Source: Alphaproteobacteria bacterium (GTDB lineage: Bacteria; Pseudomonadota; Alphaproteobacteria; Rickettsiales; JABCZZ01). From it: DNA of 62,863 nt. The notes under the pieces are model-generated. The model was not told the origin of the DNA. It saw only the letters and a program-made list of their open reading frames with translations, and ran no database searches. Of this stretch, positions 18,264-28,952 are shown in pieces. The DNA lies in the NCBI GenBank assembly GCA_013288985.1, contig JABDAT010000004.1, positions 1 to 62,863 of the forward strand, given 5' to 3'. Position 1 is the stretch's first letter, and every line of letters starts with the position of its first letter. Made by a program: the position numbers and the translations under genes.

Positions 18264-19370
18264 ATGACTATAACATCCAAAATGAAAACAGAATCACTGA
18301 TTCCAGAATTAAGCACAATTGTTGGTGATGTAACTGAACACCGCTTAAATCCAGAACAATTAGCTGCTGCCGATAAGGTGATTGATAAGAATCTTATGAC
18401 TGCCAATGCCAGCGATGCGGATAAACTCACAGGCTCTATGATAAAAGCCTTTCTTCAATTGCCTTTTGAGGATGGAAACATTACAGAGGCGTTGACCCAT
18501 TTTGTGCAAGCTGATTATGAGATAAGTAACGAAAAACTCATCCATAATGGAAAAATGGCTACTACCGATACACGCATAGCAGTTGGTGGGCTGGCATCTG
18601 ATGCTTGGTCAATCAGTCACGTTATCACGGATGCATTATCTACCAATTCCTCTCCCTATCAAAGTATTAGCAATAATGTGGGCAAGCAAATGGCTATGCT
18701 TATATATGGTTGTGAGAAGGTAGTTTCTTATTATCCTCATCCTTTCGATGTACTAGAGGAAGAATTCAAGAAAAATGGCATTTCACCTTTTAAAGATATC
18801 CATATGCTTGAATTTGCCGGTAACCGCCATTCCGTTGTTGCAAATCAGAAACGGGGCGTTGCCAAATTGTTTGGCAGTTTTAATTTACATAATGGAGCAG
18901 CGGAAGGTCGGGCAAGAGTGGATGGCCAAGGATTTGTTTCATTAGCTAATCCAGCAGGTCTTCCTAACCGTGAATCTGGGGTTAATTATATAATTGCACG
19001 TAATGTGTTTAATGACGGTGCAATGGAGGAAGCTAGCCTAGCTTATGATAATGTACGTAATTTGCTTTGCGTATTTTCCAATGCGTTACCGGATACCGGA
19101 AGACTTTATATATCTACCAGTATCAGTGATATAATAGATGTCAGCCACTCAAAGGAGTTGTTGGAATTTACGGGATTTAAATTGGTTGGAGATATCAGTC
19201 ATAACAATAATTCTACGCCTTCTTATGTTTTAGCACGCGATTATCAGATTAAAGGCCCAGAGTTGATTAAGCCTGCTGAATTGGATGAATTACCGCACGG
19301 CAATTGGACAAAAATGGACCAAGACAGAGGAGCAAATATGGTAGGCAGGATAACTAAGGTGAGCTTGTAA
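18264..19370 (+). CDS. Hypothetical protein, possibly a divergent class I SAM-methyltransferase fold
   Basis: MLEFAG, YIIARNVF, NALPDTGRLYIS, LLEFTGF occur in methyltransferase motif order. Confidence 0.45.
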   Translation: MTITSKMKTESLIPELSTIVGDVTEHRLNPEQLAAADKVIDKNLMTANASDADKLTGSMIKAFLQLPFEDGNITEALTHFVQADYEISNEKLIHNGKMATTDTRIAVGGLASDAWSISHVITDALSTNSSPYQSISNNVGKQMAMLIYGCEKVVSYYPHPFDVLEEEFKKNGISPFKDIHMLEFAGNRHSVVANQKRGVAKLFGSFNLHNGAAEGRARVDGQGFVSLANPAGLPNRESGVNYIIARNVFNDGAMEEASLAYDNVRNLLCVFSNALPDTGRLYISTSISDIIDVSHSKELLEFTGFKLVGDISHNNNSTPSYVLARDYQIKGPELIKPAELDELPHGNWTKMDQDRGANMVGRITKVSL

Positions 19371-19443
19371 CCCTTACCTAAATTATTTCTCGTAGCTGCT
19401 CGATAAGTATCGTTAGCTATTTAATTTAAAAATGCTGCTGAAT

Positions 19444-21885
19444 TTATAATTTTTGCCCAGTACCATCCGGCTTGCGGGGATCACGTTTAGGGTGTTTTCC
19501 CGCGTGAGAGGTAGACTGCCCTTGCAATTTAGGAACTAAAATGCCCCGTGCTTCCAATTCCGCTATAGCTTGTGGACTAACATAAAGCGCTTCTTTTCCG
19601 GTACTGCCAGTATATAGCCCTACCCATTCTGTTCGTACAGTTTCTTCTGGTATTCCTTTTGCAATCAACTCATCGCGAAATGCTTCGAGCTTTTTATTGA
19701 TAGCTACACTATAACCCAAGTATTTTTCTTGTAGTACGACTGCGTGTTGCCAGTTTTTTGGCACAGAAGGTGGTCTTTTCTCATTTAGGACAAGAATACC
19801 TCTTTCCTCTAATGCAGCAATAGCTTTTAGGCTTGCAAAAAGCGCATCTCTTCCTTTACTACCAGTATATCTACCTACCCATTCTGTTCGTACAGTTTCT
19901 TCTGGTATTCCTTTTGCAATCAACTCATCACGAAATGCTTCGAGTTTTTTATTGATATTCACATCCCCGCCCACGTATTTTTTTTGTAGTGCAGCTACGC
20001 TTTGCCAATTTTCTGGTGCAGGGCGTGGTTTTTCTTTATCCTTTACGATAAGAATGCCGCTTTTTTCTAATGCAGCAATTGCCTGTAGACTAGCATAAAG
20101 AGCATCTCTACTACCGTTGCCAGTATATAGTCCTATCCATTCTGTTCGTACAGTTTCTTCTGGCACTCCTTTTGCAATCAGTTCATCACGAAATGCTTCG
20201 AGTTTTTTATTAATAGTTTCACTGCTGCCAATATATTTATCTTGTAGTGCAGCTGCGCTATACCAGTTTTTTGGCACAGGAGGCGGCCTTTTTTCATTTG
20301 GAACAAGAATGCCTCTTTCCTCTAATATAGAGATGGTTTTCGGGCTAACATAAAGAATCTCTCTTCCATTATCACCTGTATATAGCCCAATCCATTCCTT
20401 CCACACAGTTTCTTTAGGTGTTTCTTGTGCAAGCAGCTCGTTCCGGAATGATTCAAGTTTTTTATTAATAGTGCTACTGTCGCCCACATATCGTTCAACT
20501 ATCATAGATGTATTTTGCCACCATTCGGGTGGCGGTGGCAGCCTTGTATCCGTATGTGCCTCTTGTGCCGCAGTGATCAGTTTTGCCATTTCTGTGTAGT
20601 CACTGTAAACGGTAAAATCTGGCAGTGTTATTTTTTCTGGATGCAACAATGTGGCAGGTTGTGGAGGCTCTCCTTTATGAGTATTTCGTACGGCAGTAGG
20701 GGAATAGATGGCGGCGTCTCCCAAAACTTCACCAAAAAGCACGGGCTGCATACCTTTAGGATAAAAATTCACGCCAAGGGCAATCTTGTCGCCATGCATA
20801 CGTGTAACGCGTCCCAACTGCTGTGAAGCAATCCAGGCTTGATTAGTAGGACGCAAAGATAAACAGACCTGTGCGTTTGTCGCGTCAAAACCTTCAATCA
20901 ATAAGTCGGCATTGCACAACACTTTGATTTTGCCACTTTCAAAATCCGCCTTTATTCTCTTGCGCTCGGCAACAGGTGTATCGCCACTGATGGCAACGGC
21001 AAATCCTTTTCCAAATTGCTTATTAAACTTGTCAGCCGTTTTTTGGGCCGCTTCTACTCCTTGCGTAAAAAGCATAGTAGACTTGCCAAAAACCTGGCCA
21101 ATATCGTCATCATGATGCGTGGCATAGAAATGTATGGCACTGTTAATCATTGCATCATTATTGGCAATCCGCTCCAATTCTGCGATTGGAATGTCGCTAT
21201 CCTGCTTGTATGCAGAGAATTCCTCCTCGTCGATGGTCACTTCCATCGCTGCTGTTTTGGCTCCTTTACATACGATGTTATCGCGCAAAATAGCTTCGCG
21301 CAGTTTCAAGTGATATGCAGGTGATTTGCCGCCGAATAATTTCACTGCAGGGCCAGGTGTTGCACTGCATCCGATAACAACTGAATTTTCTAAAAACGGT
21401 TGTATTTGAGCTTCGCGCACCTCTCCTGTAGCGCGATGCATTTCATCAAAAATTACTAGCGGGCGGTTTTCGGGATTAATGAGGCCTGCTTTAGCCAAGT
21501 TAACAAAACCATCATAGCTTGTAATGAGTCCTTGAGCAGCCAGTGCTGTGGATTTTTCTGTGTCACCTCGTGTGCTGTCGTATACGCCGAATTTATTGGG
21601 ATTAACTTTAAGTTTATTGGCAAGCGTATGTTCGCTGTCTTCATTCAGCCCTTGACGCGGAGTCACTACAATAAATGGTACACCTGCGGCAATGGCTGCT
21701 GTCATAAAGGTCATGGTTTTGCCAGACCCGGTAGCCATATCGAGATATAAAGTATTATCACCTTTATCCAGCGTATCAGCGATTGCCTGACAAGCTTCTG
21801 TCTGGTGAGGACGCAAAATATGCATGCCATGATCAAGCACGTTTTGGATGTTGCGGGCGATTTGTTGTAATATGGTCAGTTGCAT
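19444..21885 (-). CDS. SF2 (ResIII-like DEAD/DEAH) helicase with four C-terminal ~85-aa repeats
   Basis: LRPHQ, MATGSGKT, DEMH, SATP, LIEGFD, QQLGRVTR. Confidence 0.88.
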   Translation of the reverse strand: MQLTILQQIARNIQNVLDHGMHILRPHQTEACQAIADTLDKGDNTLYLDMATGSGKTMTFMTAAIAAGVPFIVVTPRQGLNEDSEHTLANKLKVNPNKFGVYDSTRGDTEKSTALAAQGLITSYDGFVNLAKAGLINPENRPLVIFDEMHRATGEVREAQIQPFLENSVVIGCSATPGPAVKLFGGKSPAYHLKLREAILRDNIVCKGAKTAAMEVTIDEEEFSAYKQDSDIPIAELERIANNDAMINSAIHFYATHHDDDIGQVFGKSTMLFTQGVEAAQKTADKFNKQFGKGFAVAISGDTPVAERKRIKADFESGKIKVLCNADLLIEGFDATNAQVCLSLRPTNQAWIASQQLGRVTRMHGDKIALGVNFYPKGMQPVLFGEVLGDAAIYSPTAVRNTHKGEPPQPATLLHPEKITLPDFTVYSDYTEMAKLITAAQEAHTDTRLPPPPEWWQNTSMIVERYVGDSSTINKKLESFRNELLAQETPKETVWKEWIGLYTGDNGREILYVSPKTISILEERGILVPNEKRPPPVPKNWYSAAALQDKYIGSSETINKKLEAFRDELIAKGVPEETVRTEWIGLYTGNGSRDALYASLQAIAALEKSGILIVKDKEKPRPAPENWQSVAALQKKYVGGDVNINKKLEAFRDELIAKGIPEETVRTEWVGRYTGSKGRDALFASLKAIAALEERGILVLNEKRPPSVPKNWQHAVVLQEKYLGYSVAINKKLEAFRDELIAKGIPEETVRTEWVGLYTGSTGKEALYVSPQAIAELEARGILVPKLQGQSTSHAGKHPKRDPRKPDGTGQKL
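19520..20545 (-). repeat. Four intragenic tandem repeats (255/258/255-bp period)
   Basis: CATTCTGTTCGTACAGTTTCTTCTGG anchors at 19625, 19880 and 20138, with a diverged copy at 20393. Confidence 0.92.
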
Positions 21886-22150
21886 GCAATCTATGAGTAA
21901 TGGTCAGTGATAGCGCTGATATTACATCACATTATTGTTAATTTATTGTTACAGTTTGATGAAAATAGAGATAAATGCAGAGAATTAGATAAATAATACT
22001 TGGATTATAGGGTATCTCTGGGGGAGTAGGGAGTGAGGGTATTCAGTGTTATCCGAAGTTACCGTAGGAGACCAATCTGTTCGGTGTTGCACCCTATTAG
22101 TATAGGTATAACGTTGCTGCGTGTAACCGAGCGTTTCCGCGGATTGGTAA

Positions 22151-22196
22151 ATTGGTAATGACGGGGTCGCATGTTCGATTCATGCTAGCGGCACCA
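22151..22196 (+). other. attR: displaced 3' half of tRNA-Thr
   Basis: 46/46 identical to 8625-8670; preceded by a tandem ATTGGTAA. Confidence 0.93.
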
Positions 22197-22267
22197 TAAC
22201 ACACACTATTATAGTAATGATTCCGGTATAAGCTCTGTGAGCGGCGGGATTAGTAGAAGTGAAGGAG

Positions 22268-24094
22268 TTATTTCACAAACACATAGGTTCCCGGCGCATC
22301 GGCCAGCGGGGCATAACCCTCTGATTTATTGCCCATAGCAGGTGGCTTGTGCTTGCCTTTTGAGTGACCCACCAGCCATTTCTGCCATGATTCCCACCAC
22401 GAGCCTTCCTGCATGGGCGTTTGGTGCTGCCATTGGCCGGGAGGAATATAGCGCGCTGTGTGCTTTGCGGTGGCAATCTGGTAATTGCGGCCTTTATGAC
22501 CTGGCTCACTGACAATACCAGCATTATGCCCGCCACTCGTTAGCACGAACGTCACTTCGCTATCAGTCAGCAGATGAATCTTATAGACCGATTTCCAGGG
22601 AGCCACATGGTCGCGCACAGTGCCCACGCTGAAGATAGGGATATCGATATCCTCTAACGCCACAGGCTCACCGTTTACTTCATAGCGCCCTTCAGCCAGA
22701 TCGTTTTTAAGAAATAAATGGCTCAGATATTCACTATGCATGCGGTAAGGCATGCGCGTGGCGTCAGCGTCCCATGCCATGAGATCGTTCATATCCCTGC
22801 GCTTACCTTGCATATAATCATTGATAAGATGTGACCAGACTAAATCATTGGAACTTAGCATCTGGAATGCACCCGCCATCTGGGTTTTATCGAGATATCC
22901 CTGCTGCGACATCACATCTTCAAGGAAAGCAAGCTGGCTATCATCAACAAAAAGCAGTAACTCGCCCGCTTCCTGAAAATCCGTCTGGGTGGCAAAAAGC
23001 GTCATGGTTTTGAAAGAAATATCGCCTTTGCGTGCAAGCACCGCGGCCATGATGGAAAGGAGCGTTCCTCCGATGCAATAACCGGCTGCATGAACGGGTT
23101 GGCCGGTGATGGCTTTAATCGCTTTTAATGCTTCTTCGACACCCATATGCACATAATCTTCCATGCCTACGTCGCGGTCGGCGGCATCTGGATTTTTCCA
23201 TGAAATCATAAATACGGTATGGCCTTTATCCACCAGGTATTTGACCATCGAATTGTGAGGAGAAAGATCGAGGATATAATATTTCATAATCCATGCCGGA
23301 ACGATGAGAAGGGGCTCTGCATAAACCTCGGATGTCGTAGGCTCATATTGAATCAGCTCAATAAGCCGGTTGCGGAAAACCACCTTACCCTTAGTTACAG
23401 CAATATTTTCTCCGACTTTAAATGCTTCGGTTCCTGCCAGTGGCTGGCCAGTGGCATTACGTCTCTGATCATCCGCCCAATTGAGGCAGCCCTGCCAAAG
23501 ATTGGCGCCCCCTTCGCTTAAAGTGGTGGCGAGTGCGTCCGGGTTAGTCAGCAGATAATTGGAAGGCGAAAACACGTCTAGTAATTGCCGCGCAGTAAAA
23601 GATACAACATCCAGATGATGAGGCGATACGCCACGGACATTACTGGTAGCTTCCTTCCACCAATCCTCATACAGCAGAAATCCCTGATAGAGAAAATTAT
23701 ACGGCCAGTGCTGCCATCCGTTACTTTGGAAGCGCCTATCACCAGGAGATGGTAATATTAGCGGTTCGATTACTTTGTCTGCTGTGGCTTGCATTCCATA
23801 CCGGCCAAGCTTTCCAATTTTCTCAACCAGGCTTTTATGCAAGGAGAGTATCTTGTCAGGTGAAAATACCAGATGCATCAGCCAATCATGCCTCGCCATA
23901 TCGAGCGATGCGGGCGAAAGATTGCCGGTTAGCTTGGCAAGCTCGGCATGCAATATATGATCCAGTGTATAATTTTTCGGGGAGGGGACTATAGGCTTAA
24001 TTTGACCATTCTGCGCTACTTCAGTTACGTTCCTATTGTTGGAAATAATGACAGGCTTCTTTTTGGATAGGGGATTGGCCTCCATGGTTTTCAT
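22268..24094 (-). CDS. phaC: Polyhydroxyalkanoate synthase (class I, PhaC2-like)
   Basis: PAWIMKYYILDL, GYCIGG lipase box, DHVAPW, GGHNAG. Confidence 0.93.
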   Translation of the reverse strand: MKTMEANPLSKKKPVIISNNRNVTEVAQNGQIKPIVPSPKNYTLDHILHAELAKLTGNLSPASLDMARHDWLMHLVFSPDKILSLHKSLVEKIGKLGRYGMQATADKVIEPLILPSPGDRRFQSNGWQHWPYNFLYQGFLLYEDWWKEATSNVRGVSPHHLDVVSFTARQLLDVFSPSNYLLTNPDALATTLSEGGANLWQGCLNWADDQRRNATGQPLAGTEAFKVGENIAVTKGKVVFRNRLIELIQYEPTTSEVYAEPLLIVPAWIMKYYILDLSPHNSMVKYLVDKGHTVFMISWKNPDAADRDVGMEDYVHMGVEEALKAIKAITGQPVHAAGYCIGGTLLSIMAAVLARKGDISFKTMTLFATQTDFQEAGELLLFVDDSQLAFLEDVMSQQGYLDKTQMAGAFQMLSSNDLVWSHLINDYMQGKRRDMNDLMAWDADATRMPYRMHSEYLSHLFLKNDLAEGRYEVNGEPVALEDIDIPIFSVGTVRDHVAPWKSVYKIHLLTDSEVTFVLTSGGHNAGIVSEPGHKGRNYQIATAKHTARYIPPGQWQHQTPMQEGSWWESWQKWLVGHSKGKHKPPAMGNKSEGYAPLADAPGTYVFVK

Positions 24095-24145
24095 CTCGTA
24101 CTATTTGAATAAGACCGCACTTTACCTTCTATTTATGCAAAACAT

Positions 24146-24159
24146 TTGACCTGCATCAA
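24146..24159. promoter_or_regulatory. FNR/FixK box upstream of phaC
   Basis: TTGAC-CTGC-ATCAA. Confidence 0.65.
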
Positions 24160-24177
24160 AATGAGAGAAAAACAGAT

Positions 24178-25083
24178 TTAGGATTTCTGCTTTATATGTT
24201 TTTCTTCCATCGATACTACATATCCGGCAATGACATCAAAAAGCTCTTCGTCAATGGAACTTTGACGTAAGGTGCGGGAGTTTTGTTTTAAATCCTCCAG
24301 CAATTTATCGATATTTTTCTCCGCGCGCTGCATAGCAGCAAGGCGGCTGGTGTTTTCACTGGCCAGAGATTCGGCGCAAGCCCTAAACAGCGAGATAAAA
24401 AGATACTCACGTAGTAGCGTATATAAAAGCGGTGCCGTGTTGTCCCCAATGATTTCAGGCAAATTCCCCGTTGGCCATGCTGCCTGCGCTAAGGAATGTT
24501 GCCATGTTGCGTCAAGCGGCAGCAGCTTCTGACATGCCGGTTCATAGACAGTGCCGGAATCAGGACGATTATGAAATATATACATGCGTGAATACTCATC
24601 CTGCGTGAAACTAGCCGTGCTCTCCATCAGTATCTGCCCCACAAGCGATGTGATGGAAGTAATAGCGCCCGGCACTTCAAATGTTTTCTTTACCTTAAAG
24701 CTTGCGTCGCTCAGGCGTCCGTAAATACGTTCTCCCACGGCCCAGAGTGTTTTTGTACCCGGCAATGTATCAAGTTGTGTATGCACATAATCTGCCAACT
24801 GGTCATTAAACTGACCCACAAGACCTTGATCCGAGCCAAAAACAATCACAGTGATTTCCTGCGTCTTCTGTCCTGACCACTCACTCGCAACTATGGGTGC
24901 GCTTTGGCGGAAGCAGGCTGTCAGTCCAAGCTCCACCGTATGATAATAGTCCCCGAGCGCTTTGGTTGCCATCTCATACTGTCCGATATTGGAGGCGGCC
25001 TGCACCTTCATCGTACGCACCACAGATTCAAGCTGCTCTGCTCCAGTTATTTTGCGACGCAGATTTTCCAGCGTATTACTCAT
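24178..25083 (-). CDS. atpG: N-ATPase gamma subunit
   Basis: [38 protein letters not shown]. Confidence 0.93.
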   Translation of the reverse strand: MSNTLENLRRKITGAEQLESVVRTMKVQAASNIGQYEMATKALGDYYHTVELGLTACFRQSAPIVASEWSGQKTQEITVIVFGSDQGLVGQFNDQLADYVHTQLDTLPGTKTLWAVGERIYGRLSDASFKVKKTFEVPGAITSITSLVGQILMESTASFTQDEYSRMYIFHNRPDSGTVYEPACQKLLPLDATWQHSLAQAAWPTGNLPEIIGDNTAPLLYTLLREYLFISLFRACAESLASENTSRLAAMQRAEKNIDKLLEDLKQNSRTLRQSSIDEELFDVIAGYVVSMEEKHIKQKS

Positions 25084-26627
25084 TGTGTTTTCTTTGTATC
25101 CGGCACCGGTTGGAATGGCGCCAAAACGTTGCCTGCGATTTGCACCATTACGCTACGGTCGGCATCGTTTAATGTCTCATTGGAAGAAAATCGCTGGAGT
25201 ATGGCTGCGGGAATCTCTGTCACTGTCGCGCAGAGGATATGCTGCGCGTCGTCCATTTTATCGTCCGGTATATTGTCAAACAATCCTTCGCCAAGTGCCA
25301 GCAGCATAGTAATCTGTTCAGTTACGCAGAGTGGTTCAGATTCCCCTTGCACCAGGCAACTGCGGATGCGCTTTCCATGAGCAATAATTTTGCTGGTGTG
25401 CGCGTCAAGCCTTGTGCCGAAACGGGCAAAGGTTTCAAGTTCCAGAAACTGGGCATAAGCAAGCTTGAGATCACCAGTGACAGCGCGGTAAGACGCGAGC
25501 TGCGCTTTGCTGCCGACGCGGGAGACAGATTTGCCTACATCTATCGCCGGTAAAATGCCAAGCTCAAACAATGTCGGCGAAAGATATATCTGGCCGTCCG
25601 TGATAGAAATAAGATTCGTCGGGATATAAGCCGAAATATCCTGCGCTTCAGTTTCGATGATGGGCAGTGCCGTCAGTGACCCGCCACCTTTCTCCTTACA
25701 TAAATGCGTTACACGCTCGAGCAGGCGTGAATGAATGTAAAAAATATCACCGGGGAAAGCTTCGCGTCCCGGTGGACGGCGCAGCAGAAGCGAAATCTCC
25801 CGGTAAGCGCGCGCATGATGCGTCAGATCATCATAGACGATGAGCACGTTATGGCCTTCTTCCATGAAATGCTCGGCAATGCTGGTAGCAGCATAAGGCG
25901 CGATATAGGTGAGGCCGGGTGGATCATTTCCTTCACTTACCACCACAATGGTATACTCCATTGCCCCATGCTCACGCAGGCGTGCAATAACCTTAGCGAC
26001 GGAAGAGGCGCGCTGGCCGATAGCGCAGTAAACGCATAACACATCCTTGCCCTTTTGATTCAGGATCGTATCAATAGCGATTGCGGTCTTTCCCGTCTGC
26101 CGGTCGCCCAGAATCAATTCACGCTGGCCGCGTCCGATAGGAATCAACGCATCAATAGCCATAATGCCGGTCTCAAGCGGCACGGTGACGGATGATCGGT
26201 CCATAATGGAAGGTGCCGGGCGTTCGATAGGAAGACGTTTACTGAAGACCACCGGGCCTTTATCATCAAGCGCGGCACCAAGCGGGTTAATGACGCGTCC
26301 GATTAAGCCGTCGCCCACCGGCACATCCATAACGCGCCCGGTACGCAAAACTTCAGACCCCGTCTGGAGCTGCCAGTAATTGCCGAGGAGAACGACGCCT
26401 ACCTCTTCTTCATCGACGTTAAACGCAATCCCGTAGATTTCGCCTGGAAACTTTACCAACTCCTCAAACCCGACATTCGGCAGGCCTGTAATCGTTGCAA
26501 TGCCGGTCGCTATATTCGCAAGTACACCTACTTCACGAAATTTCAGTTGCGGGGTTAATCTTTCCCGCGACTGCTTCATATCAGCGAAAGTTTTATCTAT
26601 AATGCTATGCAGGCTATCAGGCAGCAT
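25080..26627 (-). CDS. atpA: N-ATPase alpha subunit
   Basis: [20 protein letters not shown]; start placed at MLPDS (26627). Confidence 0.95.
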   Translation of the reverse strand: MLPDSLHSIIDKTFADMKQSRERLTPQLKFREVGVLANIATGIATITGLPNVGFEELVKFPGEIYGIAFNVDEEEVGVVLLGNYWQLQTGSEVLRTGRVMDVPVGDGLIGRVINPLGAALDDKGPVVFSKRLPIERPAPSIMDRSSVTVPLETGIMAIDALIPIGRGQRELILGDRQTGKTAIAIDTILNQKGKDVLCVYCAIGQRASSVAKVIARLREHGAMEYTIVVVSEGNDPPGLTYIAPYAATSIAEHFMEEGHNVLIVYDDLTHHARAYREISLLLRRPPGREAFPGDIFYIHSRLLERVTHLCKEKGGGSLTALPIIETEAQDISAYIPTNLISITDGQIYLSPTLFELGILPAIDVGKSVSRVGSKAQLASYRAVTGDLKLAYAQFLELETFARFGTRLDAHTSKIIAHGKRIRSCLVQGESEPLCVTEQITMLLALGEGLFDNIPDDKMDDAQHILCATVTEIPAAILQRFSSNETLNDADRSVMVQIAGNVLAPFQPVPDTKKTQ

Positions 26628-27384
26628 GGGCTGGCTCCTGGCCGGCTTTTTCTGCCATAGATTCAGCAACGGTTTTTTCAAGCGTTGCAAGGTAATCCGT
26701 TATGCTCCAGGCGAGCTTATGTCCATTCAAAGACAGTTCAATGCCACTTATCAGTTCCGGTACTATTTTAAACTGGAGCTTATCCGTGCCGGAAATTTCT
26801 TTGATTGCTGCTTTAATCGTATCCTGCACTAGTTGTGACAGGGCAAATGCGCTGGTAATGAGCATAACAGGCGAGGAAGAAAGCATATACTTCTCTTCAT
26901 CCGTCAGGCTTTGCAAATGCCTGATGAATACCGCACTCATCTCTTCTTCCAGACTGCTATCCGCCAAATCATGCAATACCTTTGCAGTAAGGGCAAAAAC
27001 TTCCTGTCTGGTTCGCTGTACGATTTCCTGGGTCAGGTTATCTTCTTCATTCCTTAAAGCCTCTTTCCTTTTCGTGCGTATTGCCTCTGCTTCGGTCTGC
27101 ACTTCCTTTAAAAGTTGCTGACGCGACTCTTCGGCCTCTTTCTTTGCATTATTTATGAGTTCCGACTTTTGCTTGTCGAACGCTTCATTTTTTTGCCGGA
27201 AATCATCCTGTTCCTTTTGCGCTTCAGCTTTTTTAGCACTTGCATCGGCAAGTTTATCGGCAATGTTCTTTTCGCGCGCAGCAATAGCATCTAAAATGGG
27301 CTTATAAAGGAATCGCTTCAGCAACCACATCAAAATGAGAAAGTTGACGGCTTGGGCAGCGACGGTGAACCAATCAATCAACAT
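26617..27384 (-). CDS. atpF: N-ATPase b subunit (extended, with a delta-like C-terminus)
   Basis: [23 protein letters not shown]; coiled coil; [15 protein letters not shown]. Confidence 0.92.
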   Translation of the reverse strand: MLIDWFTVAAQAVNFLILMWLLKRFLYKPILDAIAAREKNIADKLADASAKKAEAQKEQDDFRQKNEAFDKQKSELINNAKKEAEESRQQLLKEVQTEAEAIRTKRKEALRNEEDNLTQEIVQRTRQEVFALTAKVLHDLADSSLEEEMSAVFIRHLQSLTDEEKYMLSSSPVMLITSAFALSQLVQDTIKAAIKEISGTDKLQFKIVPELISGIELSLNGHKLAWSITDYLATLEKTVAESMAEKAGQEPAHAA

Positions 27385-27388
27385 AACA

Positions 27389-27670
27389 TTAATGCCCCGC
27401 TGCTTGGGTGATGGCGTGATTCCAGAACGGATTGGCAAAGATAAGAATCATCGACACTACAAAACAATAAATGGCGGTGGATTCAATCATGGCCAGTCCC
27501 ACGAACAAAGTCCGTGTAATAGTAGTAGAAGCATCAGGCTGTTGCGCAAGCGAGCGCAGCGCCGTCGCAACGGAATAGCCTTCACCGAGTGCTGGGCCCA
27601 GGCAGCCAAATCCGGTGGTAATCCCTGCGGTGACAATTGAAGCCACTGCAATTAAGGTCATGCTATCCAT
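27389..27670 (-). CDS. atpE: N-ATPase c subunit, Na+-type signature
   Basis: GPALGEG and MIESTAIY (E32, ESTxxY). Confidence 0.95.
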   Translation of the reverse strand: MDSMTLIAVASIVTAGITTGFGCLGPALGEGYSVATALRSLAQQPDASTTITRTLFVGLAMIESTAIYCFVVSMILIFANPFWNHAITQAAGH

Positions 27671-28373
27671 GGTGTGTCCTTTCGTTGTTGTTATCGATTG
27701 GTGAATCTTTGCGATGTCCTATGGCACCCGCAATGTAAACAGTGGCAAGGATGCTGAAGATATAAGCCTGCACCAGGCTGATGAGCAGACCAAGTGCTGT
27801 CATGACGGCAGGGAAAAGAAAAGGCGTGATGCTGAGCAAAATACCTACAATCATGCCGCCACTCATCATATTGCCGAACAAGCGTATCGCCATTGCCAGT
27901 GTGCGTGAAAACTCACTGATGATGTTAAAGGGTAGCATGATAAAAGTAGGTTGTGTGTAAGACACAAGGTAGCCACTTAAGCCTTGCGCCTGAATGCCAA
28001 AAAATGGCACGGCAATAAATACGCAAAGCGCAAGCGCTACAGTAGTTGAGAGCGACCCTGTTGGTGGTTCATATCCTGGAATGAGGGTGCAGATACCCGA
28101 TATAGCGATAAACAGAAATAACGTGCCAATAAAACCTATGTATTTTTCCGGATGTGCCAGACCGGCCTCTTCGATTTGGGTGTTGATACCGGTGACGATG
28201 ATTTCAAGAAAACTTTGCCAGTCTGAAACGGCACCATCTCGCACCAGTTTACGCGTAACAAGCATTGCACTTACGGTGAGTAGCAACATTAATGCCCAGC
28301 TTGTGAGAATAGTGCTGTTAAGCTTTAGGAAGCCATGTTGCCATACTATCAGCTGATCAGGGCTAATCCGCAT
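27663..28373 (-). CDS. atpB: N-ATPase a subunit
   Basis: PPTGSLSTT, SRTLAMAIRLFGN, VQAYIF. Confidence 0.93.
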   Translation of the reverse strand: MRISPDQLIVWQHGFLKLNSTILTSWALMLLLTVSAMLVTRKLVRDGAVSDWQSFLEIIVTGINTQIEEAGLAHPEKYIGFIGTLFLFIAISGICTLIPGYEPPTGSLSTTVALALCVFIAVPFFGIQAQGLSGYLVSYTQPTFIMLPFNIISEFSRTLAMAIRLFGNMMSGGMIVGILLSITPFLFPAVMTALGLLISLVQAYIFSILATVYIAGAIGHRKDSPIDNNNERTHHG

Positions 28374-28644
28374 ATTTAGGCTCCTGTGCCAGCCTTGTGA
28401 TAATAAACCGTGCAATGATAAAACCACCAAGGCATGCGAGCAGTCTTTTCCAGTCACTGTCTGCAACTGCATAAAACCCAGCCATAGTGATACTAATGCG
28501 TAACCAGAAACTGCCCATAAACCATAACGCCGGGTGCGCGCCGGCCATGGCTTTTTGAACCGTCCACCACAGGCCGCCGTAAAAAGCGGTTCCGAGCAGG
28601 CATCCACTACATAGCGCCAATACCAGACTTTCCATTTCATTCAT
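28363..28644 (-). CDS. atpR: N-ATPase accessory subunit AtpR
   Basis: FYGGLWWTV...SFWLR...GFIIAR; position in the operon. Confidence 0.85.
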   Translation of the reverse strand: MNEMESLVLALCSGCLLGTAFYGGLWWTVQKAMAGAHPALWFMGSFWLRISITMAGFYAVADSDWKRLLACLGGFIIARFIITRLAQEPKYAD

Positions 28645-28952
28645 CTTTTGCCTCTTCTTCCAGCATTTCCTTACTTTCTTTGGCGACCCAATGCGCTGCA
28701 TTCCAGCAACCGGTGAAGAGACCAATAATCAGCAGTGTCAGCGTCCATGAATGGGTTCCGGGATAGCGTCTATCCAGCCAGATGCCCAGCATCGCGCCTA
28801 ACAACGTCGGAACCGTTACTGACCAGCCGATAAGTCCGAACATGCCAAATCCAGACCAGATACTTCGTCCCGTTTTGCGCTGCGCTTTTAGCTTACGGTT
28901 TGCCTGCGCGCTTACTTGCTGACTGAGTATCTGGTTTTGCATTTCCTGATTC

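Larger units (their letters stand above)
8625..22196. mobile_element. P4/PICI-like integrative satellite (~13.5 kb) inserted in tRNA-Thr
   Basis: 46-bp direct repeat 8625-8670 / 22151-22196. Contains integrase, AlpA and primase-helicase; no structural genes. Confidence 0.88.

Noticed and set aside
19520-20545. Non-coding repeat array or DGR template
   Set aside because: Periods are multiples of 3 inside an open frame, differences do not look adenine-specific, and there is no reverse transcriptase in the window.
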